From Sandaracinaceae bacterium (GTDB taxonomy: Bacteria > Myxococcota_A > Polyangia > Polyangiales > Sandaracinaceae): a stretch of DNA of 64,000 bases. The translations under genes were made by a program, and so were the position numbers. This document shows positions 38,572-47,763 of this stretch, piece by piece. The notes beneath the pieces are model-generated. The model was not told the origin of the DNA. It worked only from the letters and a program-made list of their open reading frames with translations, and did not search any database. Location: the NCBI GenBank assembly GCA_044220955.1, contig JBGAQA010000025.1, positions 19,762 to 83,761 of the forward strand, read 5' to 3'. Each line of letters begins with the position of its first letter. Within the stretch, counting starts at the first letter, position 1.

Positions 38572-40395
38572 TCAGGGACAGCTCCGCTCGTAGATCACGA
38601 CGGACGGGCCGTACTGCGCCGCCTCGGGGGAGCTCGGCCACCACGGTCGCGTGAAGCCCCAGAGCGGCATGTAGAAGTGATCCTGGTCGTCCCACGTCGC
38701 GTCGCAGGCGACCCCCTCGGGCTCGAAGCGCGCGACCTCGTGGTAGCAGCGCTCCGGCGGATCGTAGGCCGCGAAGCGCGAGACGGGCTGGCCGCAGGGC
38801 AGCCAGGGCTGGGCGACGGCCACCCAGTGCGCCGTCGGCGTCGAGGCGTTGTGCAGGAGGCCCCAGTACACGAGCTCGGCGCCGAGCGGGTGCCAGCTCG
38901 CAGGGCGATCGGTGATCAGGCGCGTGCTGTCCGGCGCGCCCTGGAGCCGCAGCGCGGGGGGGGCGCCGAACGCCGGCGGCAGGCGCGCCTCGCAGGCGTC
39001 GGCCACCCGATCGTCGAGCCCGATCATGCGCGAGTAGCCCCCGAGCATGTCGATGGGCTCGTCGTGCGCGTGCGCGCGGAGCCAGGCCGTCGCGCGATCC
39101 CGCGTGTCGGGGCGCGCGAGGATCCGGGTCATCTCGACGGATCGGAACGCCGGCTCGAAGGCGAGCAGGACCGAGATCACGGCGGCGATCCACGCGCGCC
39201 TGCGGAAGTCCGCGTCCCCGGGCTCGCCCTTCTCGAAGCGCCGGCGCGAGAGGAAGCGCGCGAGCAGCACGATCAGCACGCCCGCCCCGACGCACGCCGT
39301 CGGATGCGCGGGCAGCGAGTAGCGCGCGAAGTAGAGCGTCGTTCGCCCGACGATCGCGGCGTGGAAGAACAGCGTCCAGAAGCCGATCAGGAACACCGAG
39401 GGCGCGCGCTTGCGCAGTCCGATCCCGATGCAGCCGAGCGCGCCGAGCGCGCCGACGATGGTCAGCGGCCAGCCGAGCGCGAAGGGGAACGACACGCGCG
39501 CGTGCCGGGTGATGCCGAACTCGATGGGCACGTCGGGGTAGATCGAGAAGGCGCGCGGCGCGTTCGGGTCGTAGCGCAAGGCGACGCTGGTCGCGCCCTC
39601 GAGGAACGTGCTCGGCGAGTCGAGGAACGTCGGGTTCGTGAGCACGAACGCGCCCAGCGCGCCGCCCACGCCCAGCAGGATCGCTGCGGCGTTGCGCGGC
39701 TCGGCGCCGTGGCGCTTGAGCCGCACACCGAGCGCGATCACCGGAACGAGCGCGAAGGGCAGCCCGGTCCACTTGCACGCGATCGCCAGGCCCAGCGCGA
39801 CGCCGCACGTGAAGAAGTCGACGAGCCAGCCGCGCTCGAGCCCGCGCACGGCCGCGATCAGCATCCACGTCATGAAGAAGATCAGCGGCTGATCGGACAC
39901 GGCGAAGTGCGCGTCGCGCGAGGCGAGGACGTTCACGCAGTAGAAGAGGCCGCTCGAGAGCGCGACGGCGTGGCGCTCGCCGGGCGCGAACGTCCGAGGC
40001 GTGGCGAGCCAGCCGAGGCGCATCACCAGCCCGACGGTGGCCGTGGCGAACCCCGCTGCCAGCCATCGCAGCGGGACGAGCAGGCGCTCGGAGTCGAGCG
40101 CGAAGACGCACCCGAGCGAGACGTCCTGGCCGTACCGCTCCGTCCAGTAGGCCCGGAGCAACACCTGCACCCAGTGGTGCACGCGGAACCACGCCTCGGG
40201 CCAGCCGCCCTCGGCCACGTGTGGGTTGTCCTCGCCGAAGAGGCGCATCCCGATCTGGGCGAAGATCTCCTCGTCCGGTCGGCCCCAGGGGGCGCTCTGC
40301 CCGAACTCCAGCCCGACGAAGCGCAGCCCCGCGGCGAGCAGCAGGATCCCGCCGTACGCCAGCCCGAGCCGATGCCGCGCCGTGAGCCGGGCCAT
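38572..40395 (-). CDS. GT-C fold glycosyltransferase (ArnT/PMT, family 39/83-like)
   Basis: RPDE motif after the first TM helix, many TM helices, ACKWTG and RYSLP. Confidence 0.82.
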   Translation of the reverse strand: MARLTARHRLGLAYGGILLLAAGLRFVGLEFGQSAPWGRPDEEIFAQIGMRLFGEDNPHVAEGGWPEAWFRVHHWVQVLLRAYWTERYGQDVSLGCVFALDSERLLVPLRWLAAGFATATVGLVMRLGWLATPRTFAPGERHAVALSSGLFYCVNVLASRDAHFAVSDQPLIFFMTWMLIAAVRGLERGWLVDFFTCGVALGLAIACKWTGLPFALVPVIALGVRLKRHGAEPRNAAAILLGVGGALGAFVLTNPTFLDSPSTFLEGATSVALRYDPNAPRAFSIYPDVPIEFGITRHARVSFPFALGWPLTIVGALGALGCIGIGLRKRAPSVFLIGFWTLFFHAAIVGRTTLYFARYSLPAHPTACVGAGVLIVLLARFLSRRRFEKGEPGDADFRRRAWIAAVISVLLAFEPAFRSVEMTRILARPDTRDRATAWLRAHAHDEPIDMLGGYSRMIGLDDRVADACEARLPPAFGAPPALRLQGAPDSTRLITDRPASWHPLGAELVYWGLLHNASTPTAHWVAVAQPWLPCGQPVSRFAAYDPPERCYHEVARFEPEGVACDATWDDQDHFYMPLWGFTRPWWPSSPEAAQYGPSVVIYERSCP

Positions 40396-40554
40396 GCGCG
40401 CGCCGTGCTAGCACGCGCGGAGCCCCGGGAGAAAGAGGTGCGCGCGCGTGTGGCTGTTCTTGATCGCGGCTCGCCGGGGTGGGTAGTATCCCAGCGGCTT
40501 CCCGTCCGGGGAGGTCTGCGCGCGCGTCCGTCGTCGGTCGCGCTACGAGGATTC

Positions 40555-42174
40555 ATGCGATTTTCCGAACGCTTCAACGCCGCCGCCGTCGCGCCGGTCC
40601 TGATCTCTCTGGCCCTCGGAGCGTGTGCCATCACCGAAGCGGACATCGAGACGTGGAAGGGGACCGTCCGCGGGCCCGGCCGCATCGTCGCGGTGCTCAG
40701 CTCGCCCCGCTACCACGACGAGCTGCGCGTCCGCGCAGGGCTCGCCCTGGTGGAGATGGAGCGCAGCGACGTCGATGGTGTGGCCGAGCTACAGCAGGCC
40801 GTCCGGGCGCTGCCCGAGGAGGATCGGACCCGCCTGGTGGACGGCATGGCGCAGAGCCCCGTCGGCCTGCTCGCGCTGATGCGCGGCGAGGGCGCTGCCG
40901 CCTCGGCCACCCCGCCGGGCCCCAACGATCCGCCGCCGCCGATCGAGGTGCGCGCGAAGGACGCCTCGTTCCTGCTGCTCCAGTACGCCAGCCCCGCGGT
41001 CCGGCAGCAGATGACCGACGGCGTCGTGGGGTGGTTCACCGTGGACTTCAACGGTCGCAACCTCTCGGGCAGCTTCAGCGCCGAGCAGGTCGTCCGCCAG
41101 CTCGGCGCGCCGGCCTGCGGGCAGCTCGTCGACGCCATGACGGCCCGCATCCCGCAGGCGGCGCTCGTGCAGATCGCGCTCCTGATCTCGCAGCTCGCCG
41201 ACGACCCCACGAAGGCGCGCGCCGGGGAGCGAATCGTGGCGATCGAGCGCGAGATGGAGGGCGCCGAGTTCGGCACCTGGCTCCGGGAGCGCATCACCAA
41301 CCAGGCGACCGCGACCGGCCGCACGCTCGACGAGGCCCACCTCGTGACGACGACGGAGCTCAACCGAGAGCAGTTCATCACGCTGGGCGCCCTGCCCGCG
41401 ATGCACAACCTCGGCGACCAGGCGACGGTGCAGGCGCGCCTCATGGAGATCGCGCAGCAGACCGCGGCGCCGCCGCCCACCACCCCCCGGGGCCTCGAGG
41501 ATCGCCGTGTCACGGCGCTGCAGGCGCTCGAGGGCCACACGCCCACGGGCTCGACGCAGACGCTGCTCGCGCTCGCGCTGAACGCGGCGTCGCCCGACCG
41601 TGTCCGCGACTACGCGTTCGATCGGGTAGCGGACGCGCACGATCGAAGCGTGCTGCCGCAGCTCTGGCCGATCGCTACGCAGGTCAACGCGGAGAACGAC
41701 CACACGCTGTGGCGCGTCCGGTGGCGCGTCGGAACGCTGCTCCTGACGATCGGCGGCGCGGACGTGGTGACCGAGTGGTTCACGCGCTTGCCCGTCGGCG
41801 AGCACATCCGCTACGCCCGCGAGGAGCTGCACGGCTACGCCGAGCGCCTCGCGCAGATTCGCCCCGAGCAGACCGCGACCGTGCGCACGCAGCTCGCCAA
41901 CGAGGACTGGGCGCACCAGGCGATCGCCCTCTACTACTTCGACCGCGCGGGGACCGAGGCGGATCTGCCGGCGCTGCAGGCGATGACCACCTCGACCGTG
42001 GCGACGCACGGCGATCACTGGGAGTCGCACACGACCCTGGGCGCGATCGCCACCGACGCGATCGCGGCCATCCGCGAGCGCGCTGCGAGCGCGTCGACCG
42101 CCCCCACGACGCCGGCGGCGCCGGCCGCGCCCGCAGCACCGGCCGCGCCCGCAGCGCCGGCGCCCGCACCTTGA
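40555..42174 (+). CDS. Helical (HEAT-repeat-like) lipoprotein
   Basis: GAGG RBS; LALGAC lipobox; all-helical body; PAA-repeat tail. Confidence 0.75.
   Translation: MRFSERFNAAAVAPVLISLALGACAITEADIETWKGTVRGPGRIVAVLSSPRYHDELRVRAGLALVEMERSDVDGVAELQQAVRALPEEDRTRLVDGMAQSPVGLLALMRGEGAAASATPPGPNDPPPPIEVRAKDASFLLLQYASPAVRQQMTDGVVGWFTVDFNGRNLSGSFSAEQVVRQLGAPACGQLVDAMTARIPQAALVQIALLISQLADDPTKARAGERIVAIEREMEGAEFGTWLRERITNQATATGRTLDEAHLVTTTELNREQFITLGALPAMHNLGDQATVQARLMEIAQQTAAPPPTTPRGLEDRRVTALQALEGHTPTGSTQTLLALALNAASPDRVRDYAFDRVADAHDRSVLPQLWPIATQVNAENDHTLWRVRWRVGTLLLTIGGADVVTEWFTRLPVGEHIRYAREELHGYAERLAQIRPEQTATVRTQLANEDWAHQAIALYYFDRAGTEADLPALQAMTTSTVATHGDHWESHTTLGAIATDAIAAIRERAASASTAPTTPAAPAAPAAPAAPAAPAPAP
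42112..42171 (+). repeat. In-frame 9-nt tandem repeat encoding (PAA)n
   Basis: CCGGCGGCG CCGGCCGCG CCCGCAGCA CCGGCCGCG CCCGCAGCG... Confidence 0.7.
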
Positions 42175-42211
42175 GACGAACGGCCCTCGATTTCCCAGGA
42201 GAGAGCGGTCC

Positions 42212-43234
42212 ATGAACGACCAGAACAAGAAGACGCTGCGACAGTTCCAGTGCCGCGACTACCTCTGGGAGATCTTCGAGCAGATGAGCCAGGAGCTCGA
42301 GTGCTCGGTCGATTACCTGGTGAACGAGGCGATGCGACAGTACGCGCGCTCCCGGAACTACGGCGGCCGCGCCGAGCCGACCGGGCCGACCGCGACACCG
42401 GGCGGAGCGCCGCCACCGCGGGCGCCCTCGACGCCAGGGCAGATGCCCGCCGTCCAGGCCGCCGCCCCCGCGCTGCAGCAGCCGCCCGTGCCGGGCGCGC
42501 CGGGACGTCCGCGCAACCCCAGCCAGCCGCAGATCCCGTCGGCGCCGCCGGGACCGCCCGTCCGGCCGGGCTACCCCGCGCCGCCCGCGTACGGAGCGCC
42601 GCCGCCCAGTAACCCCGGCTTCGCGTCGGGAACTCCGGGCTATCCGGCGCCGCCGCCGCGCTCGTCACCCGGCGGCTACCCGGCGCCGCCACAAGGCGCC
42701 GGCGCCTACCCGGCGCCGCCCGCCCCCTACGGTGGCGGCGGTGGCGGTGGCTATCCCCCGGCGAGCGGGGGTTACGGAGCGCCGCCGCCCAGCAGCCCGA
42801 GCTTCGGCGGCGCGCCCGCCGCCCGCCCGTCCTCGTATCCCCCGCCACCGACGCAGCGCCCGCCCGCCATGGGCGCGGGCGTGGGACAGCCTCCGCCGCT
42901 GCGCCCCTCGATGCCGCAGGCGCCCGCGCCCGCGCCGATGGACACCGGCGCCATGCCGACGCTCTTCGTGATCTTCAACGGGCAGAAGTACCCGGTGCAG
43001 AAAGAGGAGTTCATCATCGGGCGCGGCAACAAGACCGCCGACCTGCCCATCAAGGACGGCAACATCTCGCGCCGGCACGCCGCGATCATCTTCCAGAACG
43101 GCGGCTTCTACATGAAGGACCTCGGCAGCACGAACGGCATCGAGTTCCAGGGACGCCGCGTCGACACCAAGCGCATCGAAGAGGGCGACGTCTACCAGCT
43201 CTGCGACTACGAGCTGCGCTGCACGTATCGCTGA
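42212..43234 (+). CDS. FHA-domain protein with RHH-like N-terminus and GYPAPP-rich linker
   Basis: FHA motifs IIGRG, ISRRHA and DLGSTNG; N-terminal RQFQCRDYLWEIFEQMSQELECSVDYLVNEAM; Pro/Gly/Tyr-rich middle. Confidence 0.9.
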   Translation: MNDQNKKTLRQFQCRDYLWEIFEQMSQELECSVDYLVNEAMRQYARSRNYGGRAEPTGPTATPGGAPPPRAPSTPGQMPAVQAAAPALQQPPVPGAPGRPRNPSQPQIPSAPPGPPVRPGYPAPPAYGAPPPSNPGFASGTPGYPAPPPRSSPGGYPAPPQGAGAYPAPPAPYGGGGGGGYPPASGGYGAPPPSSPSFGGAPAARPSSYPPPPTQRPPAMGAGVGQPPPLRPSMPQAPAPAPMDTGAMPTLFVIFNGQKYPVQKEEFIIGRGNKTADLPIKDGNISRRHAAIIFQNGGFYMKDLGSTNGIEFQGRRVDTKRIEEGDVYQLCDYELRCTYR

Positions 43235-43248
43235 AGGCGTAGGGCTCG

Positions 43249-44334
43249 GTGACCCGAGACTCCACGCGGCCTCCGCGCTCCGAGCGACCGTCCTCGAGCT
43301 TGCTGCTCGTGCCGCGGCGGACCATCAGCGCGCCGCCGCCCGATCCCGCGATCGCGGTCGGCGCGAAGAACGCCATCGAGACCTGCCTCGGTATCCGACC
43401 CGGCGAGAGCGTCGTGATCGTCACGCACAAGGGCGAGGTCACGCCCATCGCGGCGGCGCTGCTCGATGCCGCGACGAACGTCGGCGCCAGCGTCGAGGCG
43501 TTCGTCGTCGGGCCGAACGAGGCCGCCGATCCTCGCTTCGCGGCGATGCTGCTCGCTCACGTCGCGCGCGCCGACGCGTCCATCCTGGTGTCGGCCATCA
43601 TGGGAGGGCTGCCGACCGAGCTGCGCCGCAGGCTCGTCGAGGTCGGCACGACCAAGCGCCGCCACGGCCACATGATCGGCATCACGGCCGCGATGATGAG
43701 CCAGGCCATGCGCGCCGACTACGCGGAGATCGAGCGCGTCTCGCAGTGGGTCGCCAGGAAGCTCACCGCGACCGCGCGCATCGTCGCCACGACGACGAGC
43801 GGCACCGAGCTCGAGATCGGCATGGAGCCCAGCGCCGACGTGGTGGTCGCGAGCGGGGTCCTCCACGGGCCTGGCTGGACGAACCTGCCGGGGGGCGAGG
43901 TCTACGGCGTGCCGTCGCGCGTCGAGGGCACGCTCGTGCCGGACGGCGGCCTCTGGCTGCCGGAGGGCACGGAGCTACCGCTCGCGTTTCGCATGCAGAT
44001 CGTGTTCGAGCGCGGCGAGGTCGTCCGGCTCGACGGCGCGAGCGAGCCCTGCGCGCGCCTCGAGGCGGCGCTGCAGGCGTCGAACGGCGGGCGCCGCGTG
44101 GGCCAGGTCGGCTTCGGCACCAACACCGGGGTCGTGGCACCGATCGGGGCGCTCCTGCAGGACCTCAAGCTCCCGGGCTTCCACCTCTCGCTCGGTCACA
44201 CGTGTCCCGAGGTCACGCACGCGAGCTGGGACTCGGACGTGGAGATCCCGCTGCTCACGCGGCGCGCCTCGGTGACGATCGACGGCACGGCCGTGCTCGT
44301 CGCCGGCAGGTTCCCGAACGAGGCCAAGACGTAG
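43249..44334 (+). CDS. M29/thermophilic aminopeptidase-fold protein, probably catalytically degenerate
   Basis: NLPGGEVY, GFGTN and FHLSLG resemble the AmpS/AmpT family; several metal ligands altered. Confidence 0.75.
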   Translation: MTRDSTRPPRSERPSSSLLLVPRRTISAPPPDPAIAVGAKNAIETCLGIRPGESVVIVTHKGEVTPIAAALLDAATNVGASVEAFVVGPNEAADPRFAAMLLAHVARADASILVSAIMGGLPTELRRRLVEVGTTKRRHGHMIGITAAMMSQAMRADYAEIERVSQWVARKLTATARIVATTTSGTELEIGMEPSADVVVASGVLHGPGWTNLPGGEVYGVPSRVEGTLVPDGGLWLPEGTELPLAFRMQIVFERGEVVRLDGASEPCARLEAALQASNGGRRVGQVGFGTNTGVVAPIGALLQDLKLPGFHLSLGHTCPEVTHASWDSDVEIPLLTRRASVTIDGTAVLVAGRFPNEAKT

Positions 44335-44444
44335 CTCGGACCCTGGCTCGGAGCGGAGACGACTGTCCCCGGCGCGGGCGGCGGGTGGCGGCGGCACCCG
44401 CCAGGTTCGACCTCGTATTCGGCGCGGATCGCGTCCTCGGAGGC

Positions 44445-44460
44445 CGGCACGCGGCTCGCT
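44445..44460 (+). promoter_or_regulatory. Sigma54-like -24/-12 promoter
   Basis: CGGCACGCGGCTCGCT (GG-N10-GC), ending 13 nt before ATG 44474. Confidence 0.45.
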
Positions 44461-44473
44461 CCAGCGTCCGGGC

Positions 44474-46558
44474 ATGAACACGCGCCACCTCGCTCCTTCG
44501 CTCGTGCTCTTCGCTGCTGCCTGCGCCGCCGGCGCCCCGAGCCCGCTCGACGAGGCCTCGGAAGAGACCGGGATCGGCGAGGCCTTCGACGCCGTGCCGC
44601 CGGAGGGCGCCGCAGACGGCGCGCTCCCGGCTGGCCCGACGGTGGCCAGCGGAGCGGCCACCGAGGTCTGGGCGGTTCGCAACCAGTGGGAGGACGTCTC
44701 GAGCGCCGAGGCGCGGCAGGCAGGCCTCGCCTGGGCTGCCAACTCGGGCCTGAGCTGGGAAGAGAAGTACGACCGCTGGATCGCCTCGCTCGAGATCGTC
44801 GCGCGCCAGGGGAGCGGCCGCACGTTCCGCATGCGCACGCCCTTCGGCGATCGCGCCTTCGACGCCCCGACGCTCGAGTGCGCCGAGACGGCGATGTTCC
44901 TGCGCGCGACGTTCGCGTCCTGGTACGGGCTGCCGTTCTTCATGTCCGGCTACGACGCGACGGGCCGCCAGACGATGTACGCGGGCCACTTCGGCTTCGT
45001 CACCGCGAGCGGGGCGCGCCTGGCGAACTTCCCGTCGTTCCGCACGCAATACCGCGACTACACGGCGAGCTGGCGGCCGGGCCAGGACTGGCCTCACGAC
45101 GCGCGCCTGCGCGGCTACCGCCTCGGCCAGGACGACGAGGTCGTGTTCCTCTCGAGCAACGGCACGACGGCCGGCGCGGGGACGTACTTCGACGAGCTCT
45201 TCCTCAACAAGCGCGTCGGCTACTTCATGCGCCTGCTCCTGCTCTACTTCGGCAGCGCCAACGTCGCCGACGGCGCGAACACGTTCCACGTGCAGCCCGA
45301 GGCGCTCGCGCCCGGCGACCTGCTCGTCGAGCGCTGGCAGCGCAGGGGCATCGGCCACGTGATGCCGATCTTCCGCCGCACGGACGGCGCGGGCGGCACG
45401 TTCGACGTCTCGATCGCCTCCGGCTCGATGCCGCGTCGGCAGCCGCTCTGGGCCGACACCGCCGAGGCGCGCCACTACTTCACGTCGGACTACACCGGCG
45501 GGCAAGGGCAGAACTCCGACGGCGACGCGTACGCGCGCCTGGGCGGCGGCCTGCGGCGCTGGCGAACCCCGGCGCTGGTGAGCGGTCGCTGGCGTAACCT
45601 CGTGCGCGCGGCGGACCGCGGCGTCGCCATCGCCGACGGCGACCTGACGACGATCGCGGGCCGTCCCGCGCGCTTCGGCGGTCTGCTCACGAACGCCTCG
45701 CCGGAGGCGCGTCGCGACGCGGCGGTCGCGCGCATCGCCGCGGCGCGCGCCCACCTGGCCGAGCACCCGGCGAGCTGCTCGGCCCGCACGGCGCGCGAGG
45801 ACGCGTTCGCCGATCTCTACGCGGTGATGGGCGACTACTTCGGGACCGACCGCGCCGGCGTGGACCGTCAGCAGCGTACGCTCGACGACTACGTCTTCGC
45901 CGAGCTCGACTACGCGCACGCGCGCACCTGCTGCTGGAACACGACCACCGCCGCGATGCAGAGCATCGTGATGGCGTACGCGCGCCAAGAGCAGGAGCTC
46001 GCGAGCAGCGCGGGCACCTGCGTCGCGCCGACCGTCTTCCGCGCCGAGCAGGCGGACCGCGACGCCGGCGGCGACGGCTTCGGGCGCTGGCGCGCGTACG
46101 CGGCCTCCATCGGCCGCGCATCCGACTGGCGCAGCTGGAGCGAGGACGAGGCGTGCTCGGCGCGCGACGCCCACGGCGACGCGAGCGCCACCCGGGCGGG
46201 CGGAACGGCCTTCTGCGCGCTGGGCGGCAGCGCGAGCACCGAGTGCGACGCCGGCGGCGACGACGGAAGCGTCGCGCACGCCCGGGCCCTGGCACGCGGG
46301 GCGGCCGCGAGCGGTCGCATCTGCGCGGGCGACACCGACGTCTGGCGCGTCGCGGTCACCGGCAGCGCGAGCGTGGTCGTGCGCTTCACGCACGCCAGCG
46401 GCGACCTCGACGTCGAGGCGCTCGACGCGAGCGGCAACGTGATCGGCTCGAGCGCCGGCACCAGCGACTCCGAGCGCGTCAGCGGCAGCGGCACCTTCTA
46501 CGTGCGCGTGATCGGCTACGCCGGCGCCACCAACGCCTACACGATCGCGATCGAGTAG
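44474..46558 (+). CDS. Large lipoprotein with putative Cys-His catalytic domain and C-terminal PPC domain
   Basis: FAAAC lipobox; LECAETA and PGDLL...GIGHV; C-terminal GRICAGDTDVW...GDLDV...FYVRVIGY PPC pattern. Confidence 0.75.
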   Translation: MNTRHLAPSLVLFAAACAAGAPSPLDEASEETGIGEAFDAVPPEGAADGALPAGPTVASGAATEVWAVRNQWEDVSSAEARQAGLAWAANSGLSWEEKYDRWIASLEIVARQGSGRTFRMRTPFGDRAFDAPTLECAETAMFLRATFASWYGLPFFMSGYDATGRQTMYAGHFGFVTASGARLANFPSFRTQYRDYTASWRPGQDWPHDARLRGYRLGQDDEVVFLSSNGTTAGAGTYFDELFLNKRVGYFMRLLLLYFGSANVADGANTFHVQPEALAPGDLLVERWQRRGIGHVMPIFRRTDGAGGTFDVSIASGSMPRRQPLWADTAEARHYFTSDYTGGQGQNSDGDAYARLGGGLRRWRTPALVSGRWRNLVRAADRGVAIADGDLTTIAGRPARFGGLLTNASPEARRDAAVARIAAARAHLAEHPASCSARTAREDAFADLYAVMGDYFGTDRAGVDRQQRTLDDYVFAELDYAHARTCCWNTTTAAMQSIVMAYARQEQELASSAGTCVAPTVFRAEQADRDAGGDGFGRWRAYAASIGRASDWRSWSEDEACSARDAHGDASATRAGGTAFCALGGSASTECDAGGDDGSVAHARALARGAAASGRICAGDTDVWRVAVTGSASVVVRFTHASGDLDVEALDASGNVIGSSAGTSDSERVSGSGTFYVRVIGYAGATNAYTIAIE

Positions 46559-46574
46559 CGGCCAGGTGGCCAGC

Positions 46575-46601
46575 GAAGCCGCCGATCTCGCACGGTGGCT
46601 T
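46575..46601. terminator. Hairpin downstream of the PPC lipoprotein gene
   Basis: GAAGCCGCCG ... CGGTGGCTTC stem (one G-U pair), flanked by TGGCCA copies. Confidence 0.4.
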
Positions 46602-46655
46602 CTCGGGTGGCCATGTTGGCATGCGGGAATGTGCGTACAAGTGAGGGCGCGTGCG

Positions 46656-46671
46656 TGGCACGCCTACTGCT
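46656..46671 (+). promoter_or_regulatory. Sigma54-like -24/-12 promoter
   Basis: TGGCACGCCTACTGCT matches TGGCAC-N5-(T/C)TGC; ends 12 nt before ATG 46684. Confidence 0.6.
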
Positions 46672-46683
46672 AGGACCCAGGAC

Positions 46684-47682
46684 ATGACCAGGAACACCGG
46701 TTCTCTCGTTCTTCTCTCCCTCCTCGTGGCGACGGGCTGCGTGCAGAGCCCCGCCGGCGCGAAGTCGCGCGATCTCGAGTCGGAGATCACCGGCGCGGAT
46801 CTCGCGGACTCGGACATCCCGGCCGACTCGTACACGCGCCGCGTCGCCATCCAGGGCCAGATCGGCTTCGGCGAGACGCTCGAGGGCCACTACGCGAGCG
46901 GCGGCTACGCCGCGTGGCTCTTCACCGCCAGCGCCGGCGCGCGCGTCGCGCTCGACGCGGCCGCGACCGACGGCTCGGACACGGTCCTGGCGCTCTACGG
47001 CCCGCAGACGCGCTCGAGCTGGAGCGGCGCACGCCCGCTCGCCGTCAACGACGACTACCACGGCTCGACGAACTCGCACATCGACCTGCGCGTCTCGCGC
47101 GCGGGCACCTACCTCGTGATCGTGCGCGAGTACTGGGACGACCCGGGCAACTTCACGCTCACGCTCGCCTGCTCGGGCGCCGAGTGCCGCCAGGAGTGCG
47201 GCAGCGCGGACAGCTGCCCGACGGGCTCGGAGTGCAACCGCGTCGTGTGCATCCGCGCGCCCTGCCCCTCGTACTGCCACCCGGTCCTGCCGATCCGCCC
47301 GGGCGACGCGTGTGACGAGTCGCTCTGCGGCCCGCGCCCGCGCAGCGTCACGATCATGTGCGAGGACGGCTCGATCGGCGGCAACACCGGCCGCTGCTTC
47401 CGCAACGAGGATCTGGTGTGCGGGTGGGAGATCCGCGCATGCCCGGCGACGGAGGTGCACTGCGGTGGCCGCCTCGGCAACACCTGCGCGGCGGACCAGT
47501 TCTGCAGCTTCACCGAGGCGGCGACGTGCGGCTGGGCCGACGCGACGGGCGTCTGCCAGACGCGCCCCGAGATCTGCACCGCCCTCTACCAGCCGGTCTG
47601 CGGCTGCGACGGCGTCACGTACTCGAACGCCTGCCACGCGAACGGCGCGGGCACGAGCGTCGTGCACGGCGGTCCCTGCTGA
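46684..47682 (+). CDS. Lipoprotein with PPC-like domain, Cys-rich repeats and C-terminal Kazal-type domain
   Basis: ATGC lipobox; DTVLALYGP...NDD...GTYLVIV PPC pattern; CIRAPCP; CTALYQPVCGCDGVTYSNAC Kazal motif. Confidence 0.85.
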   Translation: MTRNTGSLVLLSLLVATGCVQSPAGAKSRDLESEITGADLADSDIPADSYTRRVAIQGQIGFGETLEGHYASGGYAAWLFTASAGARVALDAAATDGSDTVLALYGPQTRSSWSGARPLAVNDDYHGSTNSHIDLRVSRAGTYLVIVREYWDDPGNFTLTLACSGAECRQECGSADSCPTGSECNRVVCIRAPCPSYCHPVLPIRPGDACDESLCGPRPRSVTIMCEDGSIGGNTGRCFRNEDLVCGWEIRACPATEVHCGGRLGNTCAADQFCSFTEAATCGWADATGVCQTRPEICTALYQPVCGCDGVTYSNACHANGAGTSVVHGGPC

Positions 47683-47763
47683 AGAGAGCCTTCCTCTCGT
47701 CGCGCGGCGGCCCGGATGCGAAAGCACCCGGGCCGTTTCGCTTCCAGGTGGCACACTGCCGCG

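Noticed and set aside
38677..40554. N-terminal ~626 aa of the listed 1165-aa ORF
   Set aside because: Antisense to the GT-C gene; the real lipoprotein starts at ATG 40555 with RBS and lipobox.
44395..44430. GGTTCGA T-loop-like sequence suggesting a tRNA
   Set aside because: No D-arm, anticodon arm or pairing acceptor stem could be built.
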